Source: Thermoanaerobaculia bacterium
GTDB lineage: Bacteria > Acidobacteriota > Thermoanaerobaculia > Multivoradales > JAGPDF01
DNA: 64,000 nucleotides
Direction of reading: 5' to 3'
NCBI GenBank assembly: GCA_963788175.1
Contig: CAWBFZ010000001.1
Span: 323,880 to 387,879 of the forward strand
The position numbers were made by a program, and so were the translations under genes. The notes under the pieces are model-generated. The model saw only the letters and a program-made list of their open reading frames with translations, was not told where the DNA came from and did not search any database. Position 1 is the first letter of the stretch; each line of letters begins with the position of its first letter. Shown in pieces: positions 1 through 9,854 of the stretch.

Positions 1-32
1 TTCGGTCGGTGCCTGAAGTAAGCGAAGCGAGA

Positions 33-1373
33 TCAGGGAACGGTGGCTGACCAGAGGGTGGTGCCCCCGCTCTCGAAACCGTCTGCGAAGACGTCGCCGA
101 AGGCGAAGTCGACGAGAGTCGGCGAACCCGGCTTGAACAACGAAATCCTGTGGACACCGGCGAACTGGGAGTCGGTGTCGAACCAGAAGTTGAACTGCGT
201 CGCCCAGCGCAGCGCGTTGGCGTTGGGGTTGGTCGCGAAGTCGTCGCTCGCCCACGAGATCACCGCGGTCGGGAGATCGACGGAATTCGTCCAGTCGGTC
301 GTCGCGTAGGGCTCGCCCGAGTGATGCTCGATGTCCTTGAAGCCGATGTTCGAGAACGAGGTGCCGTCGGGAAAGTCGACGGAGAAAGACTGGCCCGCGC
401 GGTCCGAGTTCATGTTGCGGATCGCGTACTCGAAGTGCCAGACGCCGGGCGAAGGATTCGTCACCTTGCGCGCCACCTCGAAGCGTTCGACGATCGCTCC
501 GGGGACGTCGGCGTTGACGATCTCGACGAGCGGATCCTGCACCTTCCAGACTTGGAGGGCGGACTTTTCTCGGATCGTCGAACCGGGGAAGGAAAGGTTG
601 AACGGCGAAGTCGCCTGCACGTTGACCGCGCGATACGAGGCATTGTTGAAGCCGTTGCCGGCCACGGCGTCGTTGTCGGCGATGTATTGCGCCTCGACCC
701 AGTAGAGTGCGCCGGGGTTCGAGGCTGCCGCGAGGTCGGTTTCCAGAACCTTGACGTGCTGCTCGACGACGTTGCTCGGGAAGGTCTGGGAGTAGGGGAA
801 CGGAAAGACACCGGTCGTGGCGTTGACTTCCGAACGCCGCCCCAGGGGAGTACTGCCATTCAGGCCCGAGCCGTAGGTGTCGGTGCAGCCGACGCCGAGT
901 TGGCTTCCGCCGAGCGGGGGCGAGGTGCACGATCCGCAGGCGCCGTTCGGGGAGTTGGTCGAGAGGAAGCCGTGCTTCAGCCAGCTCATGCCGATCTGGT
1001 CGAAGCGTCCATCCTTGAGCCGGTACATGCCCTGCGCGATCACCGGGTGTTGAGCGCTGGTGAGGGCGCCGCAGCCGCCGCCGTTGTCACACCAGTTCAC
1101 CGGCTGATTGCCGACATTGCAGGAGTTCGTGCCGACGGAGTAGCCGCGGTAGCCGCCAGAGGAACCGTAGTTGCTGGTGTCGGTGAGGTCGATGACGGTG
1201 ACGTCGGGTCCGGAGGTCGAGGTCAGCGCGGCGAGGCTCCCGGCGAGCAGGAGCGCCAGCGGTGCGAGCATGAGGGCGAGCCGCGCGGTACGGTTGCGGC
1301 TTTGGGCACTGGCGCGGCCACGAGTACGGTTTCGGCTCGATGCGGTCGACGGCATGAAGGATTCCTCGGTCAA
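33..1373 (-). CDS. secreted hypothetical protein (Cys-rich N-terminal half, ends in a GFESGGTTLWS linker-like motif)
   Basis: 446-aa ORF. Arg-rich n-region followed by hydrophobic LALMLAPLALLLAGSLAAL indicates a signal peptide. Balanced amino-acid composition, whereas the overlapping + strand ORFs are Arg/Gly/Val-rich shadow frames. Confidence 0.6.
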   Translation of the reverse strand: MTEESFMPSTASSRNRTRGRASAQSRNRTARLALMLAPLALLLAGSLAALTSTSGPDVTVIDLTDTSNYGSSGGYRGYSVGTNSCNVGNQPVNWCDNGGGCGALTSAQHPVIAQGMYRLKDGRFDQIGMSWLKHGFLSTNSPNGACGSCTSPPLGGSQLGVGCTDTYGSGLNGSTPLGRRSEVNATTGVFPFPYSQTFPSNVVEQHVKVLETDLAAASNPGALYWVEAQYIADNDAVAGNGFNNASYRAVNVQATSPFNLSFPGSTIREKSALQVWKVQDPLVEIVNADVPGAIVERFEVARKVTNPSPGVWHFEYAIRNMNSDRAGQSFSVDFPDGTSFSNIGFKDIEHHSGEPYATTDWTNSVDLPTAVISWASDDFATNPNANALRWATQFNFWFDTDSQFAGVHRISLFKPGSPTLVDFAFGDVFADGFESGGTTLWSATVP

Positions 1374-3377
1374 TGCGTTGGCTTAGGGGTGGCCAGGGCC
1401 GCGATGAGCGCGCTCGCCTGCGGGTGGCCGGGTTCTATCTTCAGGGCGGCGTCGAGCTCTGCCCGGGCCGCCTCGTCTCTGTTCATCGCCATCCAGGTCT
1501 GTGCCAGGAGGACATGCAGATCAGCATCGTGAGGCGACGCGGCAATCGCCTCGCGGTAGAGTGCCGCAGCCTCTTCCAGGTGGCCGGTCTGGGCCAGCAT
1601 GCCGGCGAGATTCTCCCGCGCCTCGCGATGCGCGGGCTCGAGAGTCAGCGCTCGCCGGAATTTCTCGATGGCGCGCTCGGGGTTTCCCTGGATGGCGTGG
1701 ATAATCCCCCAATTATAGGCCAACACGGCCGAATCCGGAAAATGGAGCATTCCACGCTCGAAGAAGCTCCCGGCGGCAGGCAGGGACTGCGAGCCGCTCC
1801 TCGCCAGCAGGATTCCGGCGCCGGCGTAGGCCTCGAAGCGGCCCGGCTCGAGGGCGATCGCGCGTTCGCCGGCGAGCGTCAGGCCGCCTAGATCGCCGCG
1901 CCCGGCGGCGTCGCTGGCGGTGAGCAGGAGCATCTCGTAGGCCGCATCGTGACGGGTGATGGCGCGGGCGCTGGCGGCGCGGAAGCCCGGCAGGTCGCCA
2001 GCGAGCCAGCAGCTCCAGGCCAGGCCGGAGTCGAGGCCGCGCCAGGGAAAGAGACTCCAGCGTTCGACCCGACCGAAGCGCCCGACGGCCTCGCGGGCGG
2101 CGGCGCGCTCCTCGGCGGTCGGCGGCGCCGGATCCTCTGCGATCTGGAGCGCTGCCTGGCGGAGGCGGGCGGTCGCGCCCAAGGCGCGCTGCCCGGCGAG
2201 GACCTCGAACTTCAGCCACCCGCTGTAGACCCAGAAGAGGGCGAGCATCCCGAAAGCGGCGGCGAACACCTGGCCGGCCGGAAGCAGGCGGCCGGCACGC
2301 TTCAGCGCCCGGTGGCGGAAGGCGAGATCGCGGCGCGTCGCGAGGCGGACGGCGATCAGGGCGAGGAAGGCGAGCACGCCGGCGAGCCCGAGCGACATCA
2401 GGAACGGGACGACGCCGTAGAGCCCGCGGAAAGCGACGAACGCGAGCAGGAAGGCGATGCCGAGGATGAGCTCCTCTTCCCATGTGAGCGGGTAACTGCG
2501 CTTGGCGAGGTCGGGCCCGGGGGCGGTTGGCGCCGGGTGATCAGCGGATCGGGCGGCGGCGAAGAGCGGCAGCTTGCCGACGCCGAAACTGAGCGCGTCG
2601 TTGGGGCAGACGCTGACGCAGTCGCCGCACTTCATGCAGCCGCTGTCGACGACCATGCCGTATTTCGCCACCTCTTCGTGAACGCGCACGTTCGAGCTGC
2701 AGACCGCCGTGCAGTGTCCCGAAGCTGTCGCAGTCCTCGTTCACCCGGACGCGCAGCGGCGCGAGCTTGTCGGCGACGGCGAAGGCCGCACCATAGGGGC
2801 AGGCGTAAGTGCAGAAGCCTTTCGCGCCCAGGAAGTAGACGGTAGCGAAGCCGCAGACCAGGAGGGTGAGGATGCCGACGATCCAACCCGGGAAGGTGTC
2901 CCAGAATGCGGTGGTGGTGAGCTCGCTGCCGCGCACGGCCAGCGAGTCGCCGAGCCAGAGTCGGTAGGCCGCCGGCCAGAGGAACATGTAGACGAAGGCG
3001 AGGTAGGGCACGACGGCGAGCAGGCGCGAGCGCAGCGGGCGCGGGCGGATGCCGAACTTTCCGAGCAGCCAGCGCGAGAGGTCCTGCAGGGCGACCAGAT
3101 GACAGGCCCAGCCGCAGAACCAGCGCCCGAAGATCGCGGTCAGGAAGATCGCGCCAGCGAAGAAGATGAGCCCGGCGTTGACGATGCCGGCCTTCGACCA
3201 GGCCATCGCCTCCGAAGGTTCGACCGGGGTGACCGTGCGGCCGGCGAGGAGCCAGTGCGCGATATGAATCGCGATCGCGACATGGATGGTGATCAGCACT
3301 GCCGCCCGCCAGCGGGACATTCGCGAAGGCTGAATGGTGTGCGATTGGAGGACCGGCAGGGTCGGCCCGCGCTTCAT
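1370..3377 (-). pseudogene. 4Fe-4S ferredoxin-type polytopic membrane protein with C-terminal TM+TPR region, reading frame broken once (+1) near 2712-2718
   Basis: ORF 2541..3377 has FGRWFCGWACH and FCTYACPYGA motifs (NapH/CcoG-like). ORF 1370..2689 continues with ..CTAVCSSN.. and GCMKCGDCVSVCPNDAL, then TM helices and TPR-like repeats. The two pieces abut out of frame inside the first Cys cluster. Confidence 0.6.
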
Positions 3378-3416
3378 GAAGCTGCCCTCGACCGGGGCGT
3401 CCTCAAACTCCGGCCC

Positions 3417-4871
3417 TCAACCTGCGAGCCGGCGATAGAGCTCTTCGTACGGCCGCACCTGGCGCGCCCACGAGAAGTCCTTCGCCATTCCGTTCAGCAT
3501 GAGCTGCTTCCAGGCCGCGACGTCGCGGTAGGCGGTGAGTGCGAAGTCGAGCGCCCAGCGCAGCCCCTCGGGTGTGAAGTGGTCGAAGGAGAAGCCGGTT
3601 CCTGTGCGGGTCACCGGGTTCCACTGCTCGACGGTGTCGGCTAAACCGCCGGTGCGTCGCACTACCGGCGGCGTGCCGTAGCGCAGGCTGTACATCTGGT
3701 TGAGTCCGCACGGTTCGTAGCGCGACGGCATGAGGAAGATGTCCGCTCCGGCCTCGATCCAGTGCGAGAGCTCCTCGCTGTAACCGCGGAAGTACCAGAC
3801 CTTGCCCGGGAAGGTGACCTGGAGCCAGGACAGGAACGACTCGTAGCGCTCCTCGCCGCTGCCGAGCGCGATGAAGCGGAAGTCGCGGTGGTAGAGGAAC
3901 TCGGGCAGCGTGTCGAAGAGAAGGTCCAACCCCTTCTGGGAGGTCAGCCGCGAAACCAGGCCGACGACCGGTGCCTGCCGGGGGACCGGCAACCCGATCT
4001 TCTCGAGCAGGGCGCGCTTCGTGGCCTCCTTGCCTTCGAGCCGCTCAGCGGAGTACTTGTGCGGGATGTACGGATCGGATTCCGGGCTCCACTCGCCGTA
4101 GTCGACGCCGTTGACGATGCCGACCAGGTGATTGGCGCGGGCGCGCAGCAGCGCGTCGAGGCCGAATCCGTGCTCCACCGTCTGGATCTCCTGGGCATAG
4201 GTGCGGCTCACCGTGGTAAGGACGTCGGCGTAGAGCAGGCCGGTCTTCAGAAAGCTCACCCTGCCCGCCGCGAGGTCTTCGTTGTAGAGCATCTCGGAGT
4301 GGCCGGCGAGGCCGATCTCTTCGAGCACCTGGGACGAGAAGACGCCCTGATAGCCGAGGTTGTGCAGGGTGAGGACGGTGCGGGTCTTGGCGAACAGCCG
4401 GTCCCAGGCGTAGATCGTCCGCAGGTAGATCGGCGCCAGCGCCGTGTGCCAGTCGTGGACATGCACGATGTCTGGCGCCCAGCCCATGCGTTGGCAGGTC
4501 TCGAGCGCGACGCGGGTGAGCAGCGCGTAGCGCAGGTATTCGTCCCATTCGCCGCTGTAGATCGAGTCGTGGTGGTAGAGCGCCGGGCAGTGGACGAAGT
4601 AGACGTCGACCGCACTGTCCGGCAGCCGGGCGGTGAAGACGGAGTAGGTGAACTTCCGCGCCCCGAGGTGGATCTCGACGTCGCGCAGAAAGTCGACGGC
4701 GACGAACGGGAAGTCGAGCTTGACGACCCGGGCGTAGAACGGCAGGAAGACGCGGACGTCGTGCCCCTGTCTGCCGAGGGCGCGCGACAGTCCGGCGGCG
4801 ACATCGCCCAGCCCTCCGGTCTTGGCGAACGGCGTGACTTCGGCGGCGATCTGGCAGATCCGAAGGGGCAT
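3417..4871 (-). CDS. glgA: glycogen synthase (ADP-glucose type)
   Basis: Begins MPLRICQIAAEVTPFAKTGGLGDVAAGL (KTGGL motif). About 484 aa with full-length GlgA-like sequence. ATG at 4871; the 968-aa track ORF upstream of it is run-through. Confidence 0.9.
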   Translation of the reverse strand: MPLRICQIAAEVTPFAKTGGLGDVAAGLSRALGRQGHDVRVFLPFYARVVKLDFPFVAVDFLRDVEIHLGARKFTYSVFTARLPDSAVDVYFVHCPALYHHDSIYSGEWDEYLRYALLTRVALETCQRMGWAPDIVHVHDWHTALAPIYLRTIYAWDRLFAKTRTVLTLHNLGYQGVFSSQVLEEIGLAGHSEMLYNEDLAAGRVSFLKTGLLYADVLTTVSRTYAQEIQTVEHGFGLDALLRARANHLVGIVNGVDYGEWSPESDPYIPHKYSAERLEGKEATKRALLEKIGLPVPRQAPVVGLVSRLTSQKGLDLLFDTLPEFLYHRDFRFIALGSGEERYESFLSWLQVTFPGKVWYFRGYSEELSHWIEAGADIFLMPSRYEPCGLNQMYSLRYGTPPVVRRTGGLADTVEQWNPVTRTGTGFSFDHFTPEGLRWALDFALTAYRDVAAWKQLMLNGMAKDFSWARQVRPYEELYRRLAG

Positions 4872-4960
4872 GGGTGTCGAGCCTCGGTCTCCTGGAGGAG
4901 TCGCTTTCTCGGGCGGCGGCGGGATGGCGCGAGTCCTGGGTGTCGGGGGCATGCGTCGCG

Positions 4961-6232
4961 TCAGATGACCGTGCCGGGCTGGAGCTCGGCGTTCTTCGGT
5001 ACGACGATGATGCCGCCGCGGATCGAGTAGTTCTCGGTCTCCGCCTCGTCGATCTTTCCCTCGTTCAGGAGCCTGCAGCCGTCGCCGATCCGGGCGTTGA
5101 AGTCGATGATCGCATTGCGGATCGTGCAGTCGCGGCCGATTCCGGTCTGCACGGCATGGCTCGCCGCCTCGGCCATGGGCTCGAAGCGGTTGGCGCCCAT
5201 GATGATCGAACGTTCGATCGTCGTGCCGGTCTGCACCGTAGCGCGAATGCCGACGATCGAGTCCGAGATCTTGGCGCCGGTGATGATCGAGCCCTCGCAG
5301 AGTACTGAGCGGGTCACCGCGCAGCCGTTGATCTTGGTCCCCGGGAGAAACCGCGCGTGGGTGTAGATCGGGTAGTTCGGGTTGTAGAGGTTGAGCGCCG
5401 GCAGAGGCACGGTGAGATCGAGGTTCGCCTGATGGAAGCTCGGAATCGTCCCGATGTCTGTCCAGTAGCCGTCGTAGGGAAAGGCGAAGACGCGGATGCG
5501 GCTGAGCGAGGCCGGGATGACCTCTTTCCCGAAGTCGGTGTAGGGGCTGCCGACGAGGACCTCGCGCAGCACTTCGGGGCGGAAGACGTAGATGCCCATG
5601 CTGGCGAGGAGCGACCCGGGCGGCGCCTCGAAGCCGAGCGCATCGCGGGTCGACTCGTCGAGCGCCAGAGCGTCGAGTGCCGCCGCGGTGGTCGGCTTCT
5701 CCACGAACTCGACGACCCGGCCGGTGCGATCGAGCCGGAGGATACCGAAGCCCTGGGCCTCCTCCCGGGTCACCGGCTTGACCGCGATCGTCAGGTCGGC
5801 CTGGTTGGCGCGGTGGGCGAGAACGAACTCGCGCATCTCCATGAGATAGAGCTGGTCGCCCGAAAGAATCAGCACTTCGGTCGGATCGTTGTCGTCGATC
5901 AGGCGGGTGAGGTTCTGCCGCACCGCGTCGGCGGTGCCCTGGTACCAGGAGCGGTTCGTCATGTTCTGCTCGGCGGCGAGCAGGTTCACGAAGCCGCCGC
6001 GGAAGGCGTCGAAGCGGTAGGACTGCGCGATGTGGCGATGCAGGCTCTCGCTGTTGAACTGGGTCAGGACGTAGACCCGGTCGATCCCGGCATGCAGGCT
6101 GTTGGAGATCGGAATGTCGATCAGGCGGAACTTGCCACCTACCGGCACCGCCGGTTTGGCGCGATCGCGCGTGAGCGGCGCGAGTCGCGCTCCCTGCCCG
6201 CCGCCGAGTATCGCCGTCACCACCCGTTTCAT
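4961..6232 (-). CDS. glgC: glucose-1-phosphate adenylyltransferase
   Basis: MKRVVTAILGGGQGARLAPLTRDRAKPAVPVGGKFRLIDIPISN is the canonical GlgC N-terminus. C-terminal left-handed beta-helix repeats. Start at 6232. Confidence 0.9.
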   Translation of the reverse strand: MKRVVTAILGGGQGARLAPLTRDRAKPAVPVGGKFRLIDIPISNSLHAGIDRVYVLTQFNSESLHRHIAQSYRFDAFRGGFVNLLAAEQNMTNRSWYQGTADAVRQNLTRLIDDNDPTEVLILSGDQLYLMEMREFVLAHRANQADLTIAVKPVTREEAQGFGILRLDRTGRVVEFVEKPTTAAALDALALDESTRDALGFEAPPGSLLASMGIYVFRPEVLREVLVGSPYTDFGKEVIPASLSRIRVFAFPYDGYWTDIGTIPSFHQANLDLTVPLPALNLYNPNYPIYTHARFLPGTKINGCAVTRSVLCEGSIITGAKISDSIVGIRATVQTGTTIERSIIMGANRFEPMAEAASHAVQTGIGRDCTIRNAIIDFNARIGDGCRLLNEGKIDEAETENYSIRGGIIVVPKNAELQPGTVI

Positions 6233-6545
6233 CGCTCGTCCTCCAGAGGGCACACGCCGCGGGAGCCGCGGAGGCGGCCGAGCCGGCGCTCGGGTCGCCC
6301 CAGCAGTGGCCCAGTTGCCGCATTCTAATCTCACCAGCGGGACAAACCCGCTGCCGAACGATGGCACCGGGAGAATTCGCTTCGAACCGGTGTCCACACC
6401 CGTAGGGGTGGGCCGCTCGGGCGTAGGATCACAGCGTGCGCTCTACCCGGTCTGCGCCGGCGGAGGCGGCACTCGGGCACGGGGTGTGCTTGACAAGACA
6501 GCGGTTCGATCGGCCAGCGGTGATGCCGTGAGGCCTGGGGGATTC

Positions 6546-7841
6546 ATGAAGAGGATCGGAGTGGTTGCAGGTCTGGTCGTTCTCGCCGGTCTCGGACTCT
6601 GGTACTTCCTGCGCAGCGGTTCGAACGGGCAGGAGGCGGGCAAGTACAAGAGTGTGACCGTCGACCGCGGCGACGTCGCCATGACGGTCACCGCGACGGG
6701 CACGATCTCGGCGGTCACCACGGTGCAGGTCGGCAGCCAGGTCTCGGGGATCATCGCCGCCCTCTATGCCGACTTCAACACGCCGGTGACCAAGGGACAG
6801 CTGGTCGCCGAGCTCGATCCGACCTCTTTCGAGGCCGCTGTCGACCAGCGGCGGGCCGATGTCATGCAGGCCGAGGTGCGCTATGCCAACGCCCGCACTC
6901 AACTGGCGCGCCAGGAGCAACTCCTCGCCAAGCAGCTCGTTTCGCAGTCCGAATACGATCAGGCGAAGGCCGACTTCGACGCTTTTTCGGCGCAGATCGG
7001 CCAGGTCAAGGCGGCGCTCCTGCAGGCCGAGACCAACCTCGGCTACACCAAGATCCGCTCGCCGATCGACGGGGTCGTGGTCGACCGCCAGTACGATATC
7101 GGACAGACCGTCGCCGCCTCCTTTCAGGCGCCGACGTTGTTCACCATCGCGCAGGATCTGACCAAGATGCAGGTGCAGGCCGACGTCGACCAGTCCGACA
7201 TCGGCCGCATCCGCGTCGGTCAGAGCGCCAGGTTCACCGTCGACGCCTACCCGGACGAGGAGTTCGTCGGCGCGATCACCCAGGTGCGGCTGAACGCCAC
7301 CGTGAACCAGAACGTCGTGACCTATCCGGTCATCGTCGGGGTCGAGAATGTCGAGCTCAAGCTGCGGCCCAAAATGACGGCCGACCTCTCGGTCGAGGTC
7401 GACCGGGTGCGCGACGTGATGCGAATCCCGAACGCGGCGCTGCGCTTCCGCCCGGCCGAGGAGGCTTCGGCCGGCGGCGCCGCACCGAGCCGCGGTGGAG
7501 CGGCGAGCGGAGGCGCCTCCCGGGCGGCTGCTGGAGGGGCTCCGGGCGCCTCGCCCGGCGGCTTTGCCGGCGCCGCGCAGGGGCTCGCGGCAGGCCGGCG
7601 TGGGGGCGACGGTCCGCAGGCGGAGAAGGGCTGGCAGACGGTCTACCGGCTCGGTTCTGACGGCAAGCTTGCGGGCGTGCAGGTGCGCACGGGACTCTCC
7701 GACGGCAAGTTTTCCGAGGTCCTCGAAGGGGATCTCGCAGCCGGGGACACCATCGTCGTCGGTCTCGCCACGAGCAAGGCAAGCGGGTCTTCGAGCTCGA
7801 GCCCGCTCACCCCGACCGGCCCCAGCGGGCGGAGGTTCTGA
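6546..7841 (+). CDS. efflux transporter periplasmic adaptor subunit (MacA/HlyD family)
   Basis: N-terminal TM MKRIGVVAGLVVLAGLGLWYF, lipoyl/barrel-sandwich motifs (TGTISAVTTVQVGSQVSGII, YTKIRSPIDGVV) and a coiled-coil segment. Immediately upstream of the ABC ATPase and permease genes. Confidence 0.85.
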   Translation: MKRIGVVAGLVVLAGLGLWYFLRSGSNGQEAGKYKSVTVDRGDVAMTVTATGTISAVTTVQVGSQVSGIIAALYADFNTPVTKGQLVAELDPTSFEAAVDQRRADVMQAEVRYANARTQLARQEQLLAKQLVSQSEYDQAKADFDAFSAQIGQVKAALLQAETNLGYTKIRSPIDGVVVDRQYDIGQTVAASFQAPTLFTIAQDLTKMQVQADVDQSDIGRIRVGQSARFTVDAYPDEEFVGAITQVRLNATVNQNVVTYPVIVGVENVELKLRPKMTADLSVEVDRVRDVMRIPNAALRFRPAEEASAGGAAPSRGGAASGGASRAAAGGAPGASPGGFAGAAQGLAAGRRGGDGPQAEKGWQTVYRLGSDGKLAGVQVRTGLSDGKFSEVLEGDLAAGDTIVVGLATSKASGSSSSSPLTPTGPSGRRF

Positions 7842-7843
7842 GT

Positions 7844-8611
7844 ATGGCAGCCGCCGGAAACGGGAATCGCCAGTCCGGCGGTCTAGTCGAGCTCCGCGAC
7901 ATCGTCAAGATCTACACCCTTGGCGAGGTCGAGGTGCGGGCGCTCGACGGCGTCAGCCTGGCGATCGCCGCCGGAGAGTTCGTCGCGGTGATGGGGCCGT
8001 CCGGCTCGGGCAAGTCGACGCTGATGAACATCGTCGGCTGTCTCGACCGGCCGACCTCGGGGAGCTACGTGCTCGACGGCATCGACGCCTCGGCGCTGGA
8101 CAAGAACCAGCGCGCCGAGATCCGCAACGCCAAGATCGGCTTCGTCTTCCAGAACTTCAACCTGCTGGCGCGCACGACCGCGGTCGAGAACGTCGAGCTG
8201 CCGCTGCTCTACAGCGACCGCCTGAGCTCCGCGCGCGAGCGCCGTGAGCGCGCCATGGCGATGCTCGTGCGGGTGGGGCTGGAGGGGCGCGAGAGCCACC
8301 GGCCGTCGCAGCTCTCCGGCGGCCAGCAGCAGCGGGTGGCGATCGCCCGCGCCCTGGTGACCGACCCCGCCATCCTGCTCGCCGACGAACCGACCGGGAA
8401 TCTCGACTCGCGGGTCTCGGAGGAGATCATGGCGATCCTCCAGGTGCTCAACGAGCAGGGGCGCACCGTCATCGCGATCACCCACGAGCACGACATAGCG
8501 CAGTTCGCCAGCCGCGTCGTGGCGTTCCGCGACGGCCGCATCGTCTCGGATCAGCCGGTCACCGATCGCAAGGTCGCCCGTCGCGCCGGACAGAAAGAGA
8601 GTGCCGCATGA
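7844..8611 (+). CDS. ABC transporter ATP-binding protein (MacB/LolD-type)
   Basis: Walker A GPSGSGKST, signature LSGGQQQRVAIARAL, Walker B ILLADEPTGNLD. Confidence 0.9.
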   Translation: MAAAGNGNRQSGGLVELRDIVKIYTLGEVEVRALDGVSLAIAAGEFVAVMGPSGSGKSTLMNIVGCLDRPTSGSYVLDGIDASALDKNQRAEIRNAKIGFVFQNFNLLARTTAVENVELPLLYSDRLSSARERRERAMAMLVRVGLEGRESHRPSQLSGGQQQRVAIARALVTDPAILLADEPTGNLDSRVSEEIMAILQVLNEQGRTVIAITHEHDIAQFASRVVAFRDGRIVSDQPVTDRKVARRAGQKESAA

Positions 8612-9837
8612 ACGTCGGGTGGATGCGGGTAGCGAATATCGTCAAGGTCGGGCTGCAGTCGATTGCACGCAACAAGATGCGCTCGGCGCTCACCATGCTG
8701 GGTATCGTGATCGGAGTCGCCTGCGTGATCGCCATGGTCGCCGTGGCGTCGGGCGCGTCGCGGTCGATCCAGGCGCAGATCGACGCTCTGGGCACCAACT
8801 TCCTGATGATCTTCCCGGGCACGACGACGAGCTCGGGGGCGCGGATGTTCTCCGGTGCGTCGAACCTCAGCCCCGAAGACGCCGCGGCGATTCGCGCCGA
8901 GTGCCCGTCGGTGGCGTACGTCTCGGCGAGCGCGCGCACCTCGGCGCAGGTGGTGGCGGGGGAGCTCAACTGGGCGACGCAAATCCAGGGGGTCGATATC
9001 GACTGGCCGTTCATCCGTTCCTGGAACGTCGCCGAGGGCGATTTCTTCACCGACGCCGACGTGCGCGCGGCGACCAAGGTCGCGCTGCTGGGCCGGACGG
9101 TGGCGGACGCACTCTTTCCCAACGGCCAAGCGGTCGGCGAGACGCTCCGGATCAAGAACGTCCCGTTCCACATTCTCGGCGTGCTCGAGAAGAAGGGCGG
9201 CTCGACGATGGGGCAGGACCAGGACGACACCATCGTCGCCCCCTACACCACGGTGATGAAGCGGATCGAGGGCCACGCCCACGCCGGGATCATTTACGCC
9301 GCAGCGATCTCGCCGGACCGGGTGGGGGAGGCGAAGAGCGAGATCGAGCTGCTGCTGCGCCAGCGCCACCGTATCGGCCCTCGCCAGGACGCCGACTTCA
9401 TGATCCGTTCGCAGGAGGAGATGGCGTCGACGGCGGCGGCGAGCTCGAAGACGCTCTCGGTGCTCCTCGGCTCCGTGGCGGCGATCTCGCTGCTGGTCGG
9501 CGGGATCGGGATCATGAACATCATGCTGGTCTCGGTGACCGAACGGACGCGCGAGATCGGCATCCGCATGGCGATCGGCGCCAAGGGGCGCCACGTCCTG
9601 GCGCAGTTCCTGCTCGAGGCGGTGGTGCTCTCGGTGGTCGGCGGGCTGGTCGGAATCGTCCTCGGCGTCGGCGCCTCGGAGCTCATCGCCCGCTACGCCG
9701 GCTGGCCGGTCGCGTTGAGCGCCGGCCCGATCTTCATGGCCTTCGGCTTCGCGGCACTGATCGGTATCTTCTTCGGCTTCTACCCCGCCCGCCGGGCCGC
9801 GGCCCTCGACCCGATCGACGCCCTGCGCTTCGAGTAG
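8608..9837 (+). CDS. ABC transporter permease (FtsX/MacB-type)
   Basis: 409 aa with an N-terminal TM, a large periplasmic domain and C-terminal FtsX-like helices (GGIGIMNIMLVSVTERTREIGIRMAIGA). 4-nt overlap with the ATPase gene. Confidence 0.9.
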   Translation: MNVGWMRVANIVKVGLQSIARNKMRSALTMLGIVIGVACVIAMVAVASGASRSIQAQIDALGTNFLMIFPGTTTSSGARMFSGASNLSPEDAAAIRAECPSVAYVSASARTSAQVVAGELNWATQIQGVDIDWPFIRSWNVAEGDFFTDADVRAATKVALLGRTVADALFPNGQAVGETLRIKNVPFHILGVLEKKGGSTMGQDQDDTIVAPYTTVMKRIEGHAHAGIIYAAAISPDRVGEAKSEIELLLRQRHRIGPRQDADFMIRSQEEMASTAAASSKTLSVLLGSVAAISLLVGGIGIMNIMLVSVTERTREIGIRMAIGAKGRHVLAQFLLEAVVLSVVGGLVGIVLGVGASELIARYAGWPVALSAGPIFMAFGFAALIGIFFGFYPARRAAALDPIDALRFE

Positions 9838-9854
9838 CCGCGGTTCCTGCTGGA

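Noticed and set aside
3417-6323. 968-aa ORF suggesting a giant GlgA fusion
   Set aside because: Only the C-terminal 484 aa (from MPLRICQIAAEV, ATG at 4871) look like GlgA. The upstream part is Arg/Pro-rich run-through overlapping glgC out of frame.
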